DNA from: an uncultured Solirubrobacteraceae bacterium | Lineage (GTDB): Bacteria; Actinomycetota; Thermoleophilia; Solirubrobacterales; Solirubrobacteraceae | Assembly: GCA_963830345.1 (NCBI GenBank) | Contig: CAWHLZ010000004.1 | Coordinates: forward strand, 1,362,590-1,426,589 | Reading direction: 5' to 3' | Length of the DNA stretch: 64,000 nucleotides | Shown: one piece after another, positions 41,225-50,099 of the stretch | How positions within the stretch are numbered: the stretch's first letter is position 1 | Layout of the letters: every line of letters begins with the position of its first letter | The notes under the pieces: model-generated | What the model was told of the DNA's origin: nothing | The model's database searches: none | The model's input: only the letters and a program-made list of their open reading frames with translations | Position numbers and translations under genes: made by a program

Positions 41225-41995
41225 ATGCCCTTGCCCGAGCCGATCCCCGTAAGCGCCCACGACGAGTCGTTCGCCGGCACCACCTACCACATCCGCGGCG
41301 AACTGGTGCCCGAGCTGCAGATCGATATCAGTGGGCAGCAGGTGATGTTCGAGCACCACGTACTGCTGTGGAAGGAGACGCAGCTGAACGTCGAGCTGAA
41401 GAAATTGCCGGGGGCGATCAAGCGCAAGATTGCGGGCTTGGAGTTCTTCGTGACGCGCACGTCTGGCTCCGGGCGGGTTGCGTTCTCGCGCGATTCGCCC
41501 GGCCAGTGCGTGCCGATGCACTTGAGCCAGGGCGAAGGGCTGGACGTGCGCGAGCACCAGTTCTTGGCGGCGACCGACAACCTGGACTACAGCTTTGAAC
41601 GCATCAAGGGCGTACAGAACATGCTGCTGGGCGGCTCGGGGTTCTTCATGGACAAGTTCCGCGCGACCAACGGCGACGCGCTGGTGTGGCTGCACGGGCA
41701 CGGCAACGTGTTCCTGGTCAATCTCGGCCAAGGCGAGCAGCTGGACGTCGAGGCGGGCGCGTGGCTGTACAAGGACCCGTCGGTCAGCCTCGAGGCGGTG
41801 ACGATGGGCCTGAAGACGGGGATCATGGGCGGCGGCGGCAAGCTCACGTGGAACCGCTTCACCGGCCCTGGGCGCCTGGCGATCCAGACGATGTTCATCG
41901 CACCGATGGAGGGCGAACCGGTCAGTGGCAACGCGCAGGCGGCGACCGCGGGGGGCCTTGCGGGCGCGTTGATCGGGGGCCTCACGCGCGGCTGA
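41225..41995 (+). CDS. AIM24/DUF124 (TIGR00266-like) family protein
   Basis: MPLPEPIP...[29 protein letters not shown]...[49 protein letters not shown]...[15 protein letters not shown] chose the ATG at 41225, preceded by GAAGGAG. Confidence 0.8.
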   Translation: MPLPEPIPVSAHDESFAGTTYHIRGELVPELQIDISGQQVMFEHHVLLWKETQLNVELKKLPGAIKRKIAGLEFFVTRTSGSGRVAFSRDSPGQCVPMHLSQGEGLDVREHQFLAATDNLDYSFERIKGVQNMLLGGSGFFMDKFRATNGDALVWLHGHGNVFLVNLGQGEQLDVEAGAWLYKDPSVSLEAVTMGLKTGIMGGGGKLTWNRFTGPGRLAIQTMFIAPMEGEPVSGNAQAATAGGLAGALIGGLTRG

Positions 41996-42084
41996 CGCGC
42001 GGCGATAGATCGTCACGCAGGCCATCGCCGGGTCGAACGTGCCGGCGTCGAACGGCAGCGCCTGACGCTCGCGGCGAGACGGCG

Positions 42085-42408
42085 CTACTTGCCGGTCGTG
42101 CGGTGCATCGCCCCACGCGCGTAACCGGGGCTTCCCCGTCCGATCGCCATCCCGCCGCCGGCTGCACCGCGAGCGGGTGGCGGCGTCCGCCGGATGAGCA
42201 TGCGCAGCGCGCGGTCGTCGGGACCCTCCTGCGTCCGTTCGGTCAACGTCTTCGGATGAACCGTTCGGAACAGGGGACCTCGGCTAGGGTCCACCACGGC
42301 CACCACGACCTTGGATCTGCTCGGGGTGTCGAACACGATCCCGTCGAGCTCTGGGCCGCCGCCGGCGACCTTGACGAGTTCGCCGGCGCTTGTCAACTCC
42401 ATCGACAC
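42085..42408 (-). CDS. Small hypothetical protein (107 aa), family not recognised
   Basis: Only an ORF with plausible composition (MSMELTSAGELVKVAGGGPELDGIVFDTPSRSKVVVAVVDPSRGPLFRTVHPK...). The competing plus-strand ORF is Arg-rich shadow sequence. Confidence 0.4.
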   Translation of the reverse strand: MSMELTSAGELVKVAGGGPELDGIVFDTPSRSKVVVAVVDPSRGPLFRTVHPKTLTERTQEGPDDRALRMLIRRTPPPARGAAGGGMAIGRGSPGYARGAMHRTTGK

Positions 42409-42511
42409 AGCGTACGGGACCCGTGCGCGGCGGGAGCCGTGCGCGGGCGCGGCAACGCGCTCTGTCCTCGTGGGCGCTCTGTCCTCGTGGCTTGCGGCAG
42501 TGTCGACGGGG

Positions 42512-45500
42512 CTACTGCTTCTTGGCGATCTGCTTCTTTGGGGTTTTGGTCGGGTACTTCTTGCGGGCCTGCTTTTCGCAGGCGGCGCGTTTGCGCTTGT
42601 GTTTGTCCTTGCGGCAGGCCTTCAGGGCTTTGGCGAGTAGCTGCGCCTTGGTGGGCTTGATGGTCTTGGAGGGGAGCACTCCGTTGCAGCCGCTGACGGC
42701 GATCTTCGTGGTCTGGTTGATGACCGCGCCGTTCTGACCGGTGACCTCGGTGGGCATCGAGAGGCTCGCTTTGCACAGGCTGAAGTCGTCTTTTTCGGGG
42801 ACGTTGGGGGTCAGCACCGAGTGCGGGCCGGCCGGCAGGTCGGTTTCGAAGATCGTGAACGGCGCGTCGGGGGTCGATTCGAATTTGGAGTAGGTGATGC
42901 CGTTTTTGATGTCGGTCTTGCCGTCCACCACGAGCGTGATCCCTTCGCCCTGGAGCACGAACTCGACGTCGGGGAACGCGGCGGCGCCGTGGGAGACGAG
43001 GTAGGCGGGGCCCGTGAGGGGGCTCTTTAGGACAGGGGTGTGGATCGTCGCGTTGCCGATCACCGAGCCTTCATCACAGGACGCGGGGTTCGCGTTGAAG
43101 ATCTGTTCGGGGCAGGCTTTCTGCAGCGTCGGCAGCCGTGAGGAGAGCGCCTTCGGTAGCTGCAGGTCGACTTTCGCGATACCCGCCTGTGTTACACCCG
43201 TCGCGTCCATGCCGCCCGAGGTGACGGTCACCTTCAGGCTCGTACCGTCGGTTTTGCTGCCTTTGCCCGCGGCGGTGGCGGTCAGCTTGGGGGCAAATGG
43301 CAGGCTCTGGCAGCCCGCGACCTGGAAGCGCGAAGAGACCTGCTCGCTCCCACCCTGAGCGCCCGTGAGAGCGCCCGCGATGCCCATCGGGTTGCAGTTG
43401 GTGGGGTTGAACTCAAAGCCGGGGCGATCGACGGTCACGTTGATCTGTTTGAGCTGCACCGGGACACCCCGCACGAACTGCGGGAACGGGTCGCTGGTGA
43501 TGCTCACCGCCGCGGTCTCGGGGTTGACGTCGATCCGCGAGCGGACGTCCACGTCGCCGAGGTTGAACGGGCCCGCGACCGCGGGGGTGACGACCAGCAG
43601 CCCGAACGGCGCGCCGCTGTAGCCGACCGTCAGGTACACCTCTCCCGGGAGCGTGACCGGTTCGCCGCCGAGACCCGACTGCGCGGTCGATTGGCCGATC
43701 AGGCTTTCCGGGCCACACGCCCATTCCTGTCCTGCCGGGGGTTCGGGGCAGGGCGTGAGCGTGGAGAGCAGCGCCGCGACGCCCGGCGGCAGGCTGATCG
43801 AGACCCCCTGCAGTGGCTGGTCGCCGTCCGGGTTGTTGATCTGCAGCGTGAATGGGGTGAACGCGCCCGCCTGCTCGTTTGTCGAGCCGGCCTGGAAGCT
43901 CGGCGCGAACGCCAGCGGGTCCGGCGGGCACGGCCCACCCCCCGCACCGGTGCTGATCGCGAATGGCGGCTCGGATTCGGGTTCCAACGTGGCGCCCGAC
44001 CAGGCGGTGAACGACGTTCTGGCGCTATAGGTTCCGCACGAGGCAGGGGTGCTCACAGAGCCACGGGGGCCACCAAAGAGCTGCAGATTCAGTTCTTCGA
44101 AGGGGACTTGCGGCGTGTTCTGAAAACTCGTCGTGATCTGGCCGGTTTGTTCGTTGAGCTTCCCTTCGCCAGCGAGCTTGACCCGCAGGCCCAAGACCGA
44201 ACTTTCCGCGACGATATACAGCGCCACAAGCGAGTTGAACGGGTTCTCGCCTGCTTCTGCATTGGGTGCCGGGGTCGCCAGGTAGACGCCGCCCTGCAGT
44301 TCTTCATCCAAGAGCGGGGTCTTGATACGCACGCTGCCGAGCTTGGATGCCCGCGGACACTCGGCTTTTTCGGTTGAAAACCGCAGCGGTTCTGGTGTGC
44401 CAGGCGAGAGCGGATCCGTGCCGCCTGCTCCCAGATACCCGATCTGTGTCTCCGAGCACGCTTGCAGCCCGTTGGCCGCGGAAGGGTTCAACAGCAACCC
44501 TTCGGGCAACGTCACGGTCGTGCTGCGGACGTCCGCGTCGCCCAACGCGCCTTCGGTGAGCGTCCCCTGCTGGGCGACGCGCACGTCGACGTCCAGCCCC
44601 GTGGGGGTGCTCGCGGCATCGACGCGTTCCTCGGGGTGGCCTTCTTCTGCCTGCTGTTCGGGTGCGACTGTGAGCGACGGGGCAAACGGCAGCGCTTGGC
44701 AGCCTGCGAGCGTTTCCAGGGGTTCACCTGTCTGGTTCTGCAGCGTGAACTGGCTTTGCAGCTGGCTACCGGTCCATGAATCGCCTTGCATGCTGGTGTT
44801 CAGCTGGCCGGTGCAGGCGGTCGGGAGCGTCAAAAACGGGATCCCGCTACGGTCTTTGAGCGTTTCGCATGTTTCCCCCGGGTTGCGTTCGATGCCTTCT
44901 CGCAGGCACGCCCAGCCACGTGAGGCGTCATGGCTCTGGCTATCGGGTTGTCCCCAGAACGTGATCTGCGCCGCGAGGATCTGCGCGGCCGCGGTCGTGT
45001 TGCTCGTGCTGACCGTCACACCGTAGTCCCCGCCGGAGCGCACGGCGGTATCGAGGATAACTGGGACGGCGTCTGCGACGAACCCGAAGCTCGCGGGCTC
45101 ACCCTGCGCCGGTTCCAGATTGAACACCGGGACAGCGAGCGTGATATGCCCCGCCCTACTTGGTTCTAGAAGGCTCACGATCGCGACCCCGATCGCTGAG
45201 CCCTCGGGGCAGAGGTTCCCGACGTCGAACGCGGAGAAGTCCGAGGCCGAGCACTCTTCGCTGGCCTGCACGTTCCCCAGTAGGCCCGGTGGGAGGTTGA
45301 AGCTCAGATCCTTGGTTTGTGCGGGGGAGGCCGGCTCGAGCTCGACGGGTTCCCCGGGCTCCTGGACTTCTTCGAGGATCTCGTTGAAATCGACCGTGCT
45401 CGTCAGCTGAAACGGATGCGAACCCGCCTGGCTATCAACCCCACCCCCTTCATCTTCCGGGACGATCCTGTAGCCGTCTTCTTCGATCCCGAACGGCACC

Positions 45501-46111
45501 GGCTGCCCACTGACCCGCACCATCCTCGTCAGCGACTGGCCCGGGACGTTCCCGCCGCCTTCGGCTTCCCCGCCTGTGACGCTCGCCCGATTCGATAGCG
45601 CCGTGACGGTGCCGGTGGGCTCTCCCACGCGGATCGGGATTTCCATTTCCAGGCGTTCAAACGGCGGGATCGCGAGCAACGTACTACAGCTCACTTCCTG
45701 ACCCACCACCGAACATTTCCAGTCCGCTGCTCGTTCCTGCGCGTTGCCCTGCCCGACCCGCGCCCGATGCGGATTCACCGCACTAGCCTCGGTCACGGCG
45801 AGTCCTGCGGGTAGTACATCCTTGATCGTGACTTCGCTGACGGCGCCGGTGATGCCCGTATCGCCCATGTCATCCGCGGCGACATCGATCACGCCTTCCC
45901 CACCGGGCGCTAGGAACGTCGGTGCGGCTCGTGCTGAAAGCCCCCACCACGCACCCGCAAACGCCGGGGCAGCAGACACCAACACACCCACAAGCACACC
46001 CACCAACACCACCAACACCCGCACCCGTGTACGTGGCCGCGGCCGGCGAACCCCCGCCCGCCGGCGCGGACTCGCTCTCTCTTGGATACTCCGCTCGGGG
46101 CGCATGCTCAC
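42512..46111 (-). CDS. A1: about 1199-aa secreted modular protein (signal peptide, DUF11-like N-domain, four Cys-pair modules, basic two-Cys C-terminal tail)
   Basis: Long ORF with a conserved paralogue (A2). The N-terminus RVRVLVVLVGVLVGVLVSAAPAFA|GA looks like a signal peptide. The GTG start overlaps the B1 stop (GTGA), with AGGAGG upstream. ...DVLPAGLAVTEASAVNP...WKCSVVGQEVSCST resembles DUF11/'conserved repeat' domains. Confidence 0.88.
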   Translation of the reverse strand: MSMRPERSIQERASPRRRAGVRRPRPRTRVRVLVVLVGVLVGVLVSAAPAFAGAWWGLSARAAPTFLAPGGEGVIDVAADDMGDTGITGAVSEVTIKDVLPAGLAVTEASAVNPHRARVGQGNAQERAADWKCSVVGQEVSCSTLLAIPPFERLEMEIPIRVGEPTGTVTALSNRASVTGGEAEGGGNVPGQSLTRMVRVSGQPVPFGIEEDGYRIVPEDEGGGVDSQAGSHPFQLTSTVDFNEILEEVQEPGEPVELEPASPAQTKDLSFNLPPGLLGNVQASEECSASDFSAFDVGNLCPEGSAIGVAIVSLLEPSRAGHITLAVPVFNLEPAQGEPASFGFVADAVPVILDTAVRSGGDYGVTVSTSNTTAAAQILAAQITFWGQPDSQSHDASRGWACLREGIERNPGETCETLKDRSGIPFLTLPTACTGQLNTSMQGDSWTGSQLQSQFTLQNQTGEPLETLAGCQALPFAPSLTVAPEQQAEEGHPEERVDAASTPTGLDVDVRVAQQGTLTEGALGDADVRSTTVTLPEGLLLNPSAANGLQACSETQIGYLGAGGTDPLSPGTPEPLRFSTEKAECPRASKLGSVRIKTPLLDEELQGGVYLATPAPNAEAGENPFNSLVALYIVAESSVLGLRVKLAGEGKLNEQTGQITTSFQNTPQVPFEELNLQLFGGPRGSVSTPASCGTYSARTSFTAWSGATLEPESEPPFAISTGAGGGPCPPDPLAFAPSFQAGSTNEQAGAFTPFTLQINNPDGDQPLQGVSISLPPGVAALLSTLTPCPEPPAGQEWACGPESLIGQSTAQSGLGGEPVTLPGEVYLTVGYSGAPFGLLVVTPAVAGPFNLGDVDVRSRIDVNPETAAVSITSDPFPQFVRGVPVQLKQINVTVDRPGFEFNPTNCNPMGIAGALTGAQGGSEQVSSRFQVAGCQSLPFAPKLTATAAGKGSKTDGTSLKVTVTSGGMDATGVTQAGIAKVDLQLPKALSSRLPTLQKACPEQIFNANPASCDEGSVIGNATIHTPVLKSPLTGPAYLVSHGAAAFPDVEFVLQGEGITLVVDGKTDIKNGITYSKFESTPDAPFTIFETDLPAGPHSVLTPNVPEKDDFSLCKASLSMPTEVTGQNGAVINQTTKIAVSGCNGVLPSKTIKPTKAQLLAKALKACRKDKHKRKRAACEKQARKKYPTKTPKKQIAKKQ

Positions 46112-49100
46112 CAGCCCCTCCTCACGCTCGACACCGGGGTGGCCTGGGTCTTTTTGGCTTTAGGTTTGCTTTTGCCCTTCGGCTTGGCGCCATAGCGCTT
46201 CCTCGCGCGTGCTTCACAGACGATTCGCTTGTGCCGGGTTTTGAGTTTTCTGCAGGCCTTTAGCGCGGTTGCGAGCTTCTGCCTGCGGGTCAACGGTTTG
46301 GGTTTGGGTGTCGTGTGGGTTTTGGAGGGCAGCACACCCGTCGCGATGTTCCCGGGCCCGGAGAACGTCGCACTCGCAGCCGCCGACACCAACGACACGC
46401 CTTCACCCGAGGAGGGCCGGCAGCTACCCGTCGCTTCGCATTCCTGCAGCACCGAGCTGTTCGAGGACAGACACGGCGACGCGGTCGTGCAGACCCGTGC
46501 GTCGTAGATGTCGTAGGCGTTGTCGGTGTCCGCGGGCACGAGCTGCGCGGCGGTCAGGAAGAACACGTTATTCCCGTTTTCGCTGGCGTCCAGGAACGCT
46601 GATTCTTTACCCGAGGTGCCAGAGGAGATCAACCCGATACAGCCACTAGAAGAACCACAGCTCCCGACATTTTCGGGCTCGTACTCATACACGTCCTCCT
46701 TGCCGTTCTTATCGGTGGGGACAAGCGCATCCGGGCTGTCGAAGAACAGCCGGCCCGCATTGGAGAGATATCGTGGTTGGTACAACGCGGCCGGTGCACC
46801 ATAGAAAATGTTGAACGTCCATCCCGGGATCGACCCCGCTAGCCACCGGTTACGCCAGATTTCTGGGCGATCCACGAGCAACCCCAGCCCTTCGCCCGCT
46901 AGTTCGGTGTCGAACACCCCTTCGGGGTGTTTGAACCCGCCGTTTTCGCTGACGGGGTTACACGACGCGCATACCAGCCGTCCGGTCTGTGCGTCATACA
47001 AGAACACCTCCTCATCAGGCTCCCCACCGTTGGCGTTGTGGTTGTCATAGCCCGTGAGGCTCTCCTGGGACATGAACGCTAGATACTGGCCGTTAGGGGA
47101 GACGCTGGAGGTCACGGCCGCGATGTTCCCGTTCGAGGGCGGCAGGTTCGACGTCAACCCCGCGCCCCAGTCTGCTGCGTCTTCGTCAGAGAGCGCCGCG
47201 ATGAACCGCGTTTGGCGCACCCCGGGGTCTTGGGGGTCGGGTTCTGAGACATACAGGTTGCACGTCGCACCCGGTGGTGGGAGGGGTGCTTCGGCTTCGG
47301 GGTCACGCACGCATTCCCCCGGCGTAGCGCCCGCCGCGAGGACCCCATTCGCTACGAAATACACCCGCGAGCCGTCCTGCCCCGTGCCGGGGATCAGGTT
47401 TAGGACATCCCCGCTACCGGTGATCGGGTCTGGGGTTAGGTCGCTCAGCCGGCCCCGCAACGCTTCGCCCGCGCCGCTCGTGATTTCAAACTCGTATAGG
47501 TCGGCGGGGGCTTCTTCGCCGACGGGTTCCTGCCCTGATTCTTCGGTTAGCCGGGCGGTGTCGGTGAAGAACACCCTGGAGCCATCGCTGGAGGCGCTCT
47601 GGAAATGCACTTCCTGCTCGCCTTCGCCGGGTTCGGGGAGCACCCCACCGTGTTCGCCGGGTTCGGTTGACCCCTGCCCCTGCGCCGCATTGACCTGCAC
47701 CGTTTCCCCCGTACCGGTGTCCCGCAGATACAGCCGTTCGGGGACCTGATGCACTTCCTCACTCCAAAACACCCGGCTACCATCAACAGAGACCGCGTTG
47801 CGTGCGTTCAGATCCCCACCATCACCAAGCGCCGGCTGGGACTGCGACAGCGTTTCATCCAGTGCTGGCAACCCATCCGGCAGCACACTCACCAGCTGCA
47901 ACGGCTCCCCAGCTTCCCACTCATACAACCCCGCCGCCGAAGGCGCCGTCGCGGTCAAACCGACCTTCGATTCAAAAATCACATGCGACAGATCACTCGT
48001 CGCCCCCAAGAATTCCAGGGCACCGCCGAACCTGGTGCCCGCCGTATCATCCCCCGCCGTCACCAACGGCGTATATCCCGGGGCAGCGGGTGGGTCTTCG
48101 CTACGCACATACAACGTCTTTTCCGTAGCTTCAGGTGATAGCGGTGGGTCTTCTACGACCCCACCAACACCATACGCGGGTTCCGTCGGCGCGAGGAGAC
48201 TCTCCCCGAGTTCGGGAGAAAAATAGTGGTACTCCGAGGGAGCTGGCAGCAGCAGACCCCGCCCCCTGTCGTGTGGTGTTTCAAGACTCGTGGTTTCCCA
48301 GCCGTCTGGGCCGCGTCTGGAGATCAGCTGCGCCAATTCGAAGCTACGGTTCCCCAGCGGTTCGCTGACGACCGGCCCCGAGGCCGCCCACACCAGCCCA
48401 TCGCCACCCGCTGCGGCCTGGATACTCGCGCCCCTGGAGCGCGAGACCGTTTCGACCGCCGCGCCGTGCTTATCCGGCGGGGAAACCATTTCCCACGCAC
48501 GCCCATCCGGCAACACGCCGGCCGAGGGCAACGTCGTGAACGTGTCCACCGATGGCACCCCTTCAACGCTACCCGCCGCGTTGCTCGCCAGCACCCGGTA
48601 GAAATACGCAGTCGCCGGCGCAAGACCCGTCACTTCGACGCTGACGTCCTGGTCGCCGAAGCCCGCCGCGAGCTTCCCCACCCCCACATCCGTACATGAC
48701 GCCGGGTTGAGCGTGCAATCGACGGTGCCGTACTGGAAATAGTATTCCGTTTCCCCACCCCGCGGATCGATCTGCGCACTCAACCGCTCCGAGCTCGCAC
48801 TCACGCCCACCGCCGAGACCCCATCCACGACCGGCGCCGCCACCACCGATTCGGGGATGAACACCTCCACCATATCCGCGTCAAGCTCGGGGACAAACAC
48901 ATCCCCCGTCGCTGAATCCATTGCAACCCCAGCACCACCCGTCAACTGCCCCATACCGAACCGCTGGATCAACACACCCCCCGGCGTGAACGCCGCGACA
49001 CTACCCCCCTCATCCAAATACACCACACCCCGACCCGCCCTCCCCAGCGGCGTGCCTTCCCCACTCGCCTCATCAACCGCGACACCCGTCGTATTTTCGT

Positions 49101-50022
49101 GATCCAACTCGTCTGCCAGGACCCTGGGTTCCGGTGCCGTACCGTTCAGCTTCGCGACCAGCAACGGATCCGGGGTTTCGCCCTCCTGCCCTGGACATTC
49201 TTCGCTAGCACTCTCGTGTTCATAGCCAACATAGAAAGCTTCGTCTTCCGCAGCGACCGCGAACCCCGGCCTCGCCGCACACGAGAATTTCTCTTCGACT
49301 TCCGGGGTGCGACGCAACGCGGGCTCCCACACAAGCCGCACGCCTTCGCTTTTCGTCGACTGTTTACTAAACCCATCAATCACGCCTTCTTCATCCCAAT
49401 ACACCCACAACACCCCAGCCGCGTCCACCGCCACACCCGACACATCTTCAAATTCGAGTTCTTCTTCCTTGACCTTGAACCTTTTCCATTTATGAATCAC
49501 CGCCCCCACAGACGGGCTGTACTCATACACAACATCCCGTTCCCCCGGCCCAGCTTCCTTTTCTTCTGAGCCCACCACGTACACATCACCACGCGACGGA
49601 TCTGACGAGCTCACCGAGTTATCAACCGCGATCGCCCCCGGCGAATGCACACCAAACTCCGACACATATTCAAAACCCCCAGCCCCATCAGGCTTAAAGA
49701 TCTCGACCCGTTCCCCACCAGCATCCACCACATACACAACACCCGTCGCTTCATCAACCGCCACCCCCGAAGCACCCTCAAACTCCCCACCACCAACACC
49801 AACCCCACCAAACACAGACCCAAACACATGCCCCCGCACACCCAACCCCAACGCCGAACCACACCACAACACCAACACCCCCACCAACACACACACCACA
49901 ACACACAACACACGCCAACCACCACACACACGGTTCAAACCCGCGCGAGCCCCCACATGCTCAGAGGCCACCCTAACGCCGACGCTGTTGCTTTCACCCA
50001 TCACACACTCACATCCACTCAC
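46108..50022 (-). CDS. B1: about 1300-aa secreted protein (NHL-like repeats, FN3-like domain, PD40/TolB-like propeller repeats, basic two-Cys C-terminal tail)
   Basis: Long ORF with paralogue B2. The likely start is ATG 50001 (MGESNS). Hydrophobic N-terminal segment WRVLCVVVCVLVGVLVLWCGSALG. GVAVDEATGVVYVVDAGGERVEIF (NHL-like). ETEYYFQYGTVDC...VTGLAPATAYFYRVLASNAAGSVEG (FN3-like). DGSRVFWSEE / DGSRVFFTD / DGSRVYFVANG / NGQYLAFMS (PD40-like). Confidence 0.88.
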   Translation of the reverse strand: MSGCECVMGESNSVGVRVASEHVGARAGLNRVCGGWRVLCVVVCVLVGVLVLWCGSALGLGVRGHVFGSVFGGVGVGGGEFEGASGVAVDEATGVVYVVDAGGERVEIFKPDGAGGFEYVSEFGVHSPGAIAVDNSVSSSDPSRGDVYVVGSEEKEAGPGERDVVYEYSPSVGAVIHKWKRFKVKEEELEFEDVSGVAVDAAGVLWVYWDEEGVIDGFSKQSTKSEGVRLVWEPALRRTPEVEEKFSCAARPGFAVAAEDEAFYVGYEHESASEECPGQEGETPDPLLVAKLNGTAPEPRVLADELDHENTTGVAVDEASGEGTPLGRAGRGVVYLDEGGSVAAFTPGGVLIQRFGMGQLTGGAGVAMDSATGDVFVPELDADMVEVFIPESVVAAPVVDGVSAVGVSASSERLSAQIDPRGGETEYYFQYGTVDCTLNPASCTDVGVGKLAAGFGDQDVSVEVTGLAPATAYFYRVLASNAAGSVEGVPSVDTFTTLPSAGVLPDGRAWEMVSPPDKHGAAVETVSRSRGASIQAAAGGDGLVWAASGPVVSEPLGNRSFELAQLISRRGPDGWETTSLETPHDRGRGLLLPAPSEYHYFSPELGESLLAPTEPAYGVGGVVEDPPLSPEATEKTLYVRSEDPPAAPGYTPLVTAGDDTAGTRFGGALEFLGATSDLSHVIFESKVGLTATAPSAAGLYEWEAGEPLQLVSVLPDGLPALDETLSQSQPALGDGGDLNARNAVSVDGSRVFWSEEVHQVPERLYLRDTGTGETVQVNAAQGQGSTEPGEHGGVLPEPGEGEQEVHFQSASSDGSRVFFTDTARLTEESGQEPVGEEAPADLYEFEITSGAGEALRGRLSDLTPDPITGSGDVLNLIPGTGQDGSRVYFVANGVLAAGATPGECVRDPEAEAPLPPPGATCNLYVSEPDPQDPGVRQTRFIAALSDEDAADWGAGLTSNLPPSNGNIAAVTSSVSPNGQYLAFMSQESLTGYDNHNANGGEPDEEVFLYDAQTGRLVCASCNPVSENGGFKHPEGVFDTELAGEGLGLLVDRPEIWRNRWLAGSIPGWTFNIFYGAPAALYQPRYLSNAGRLFFDSPDALVPTDKNGKEDVYEYEPENVGSCGSSSGCIGLISSGTSGKESAFLDASENGNNVFFLTAAQLVPADTDNAYDIYDARVCTTASPCLSSNSSVLQECEATGSCRPSSGEGVSLVSAAASATFSGPGNIATGVLPSKTHTTPKPKPLTRRQKLATALKACRKLKTRHKRIVCEARARKRYGAKPKGKSKPKAKKTQATPVSSVRRGW

Positions 50023-50099
50023 TCACTAGCTTGCTTACCGCACACATGGTGTGTGGGACCACGCGGGCCCCACACACCACCACACAAACTCCAGCAGGA

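Noticed and set aside
42650-42682. The GVLPSKT motif in A1, B1 and B2 as a sortase LPXTG sorting signal
   Set aside because: The motif is LPSKT, not LPxTG. It is followed directly by a highly basic segment with no hydrophobic membrane-spanning stretch. A2 lacks it, and no sortase gene is nearby.
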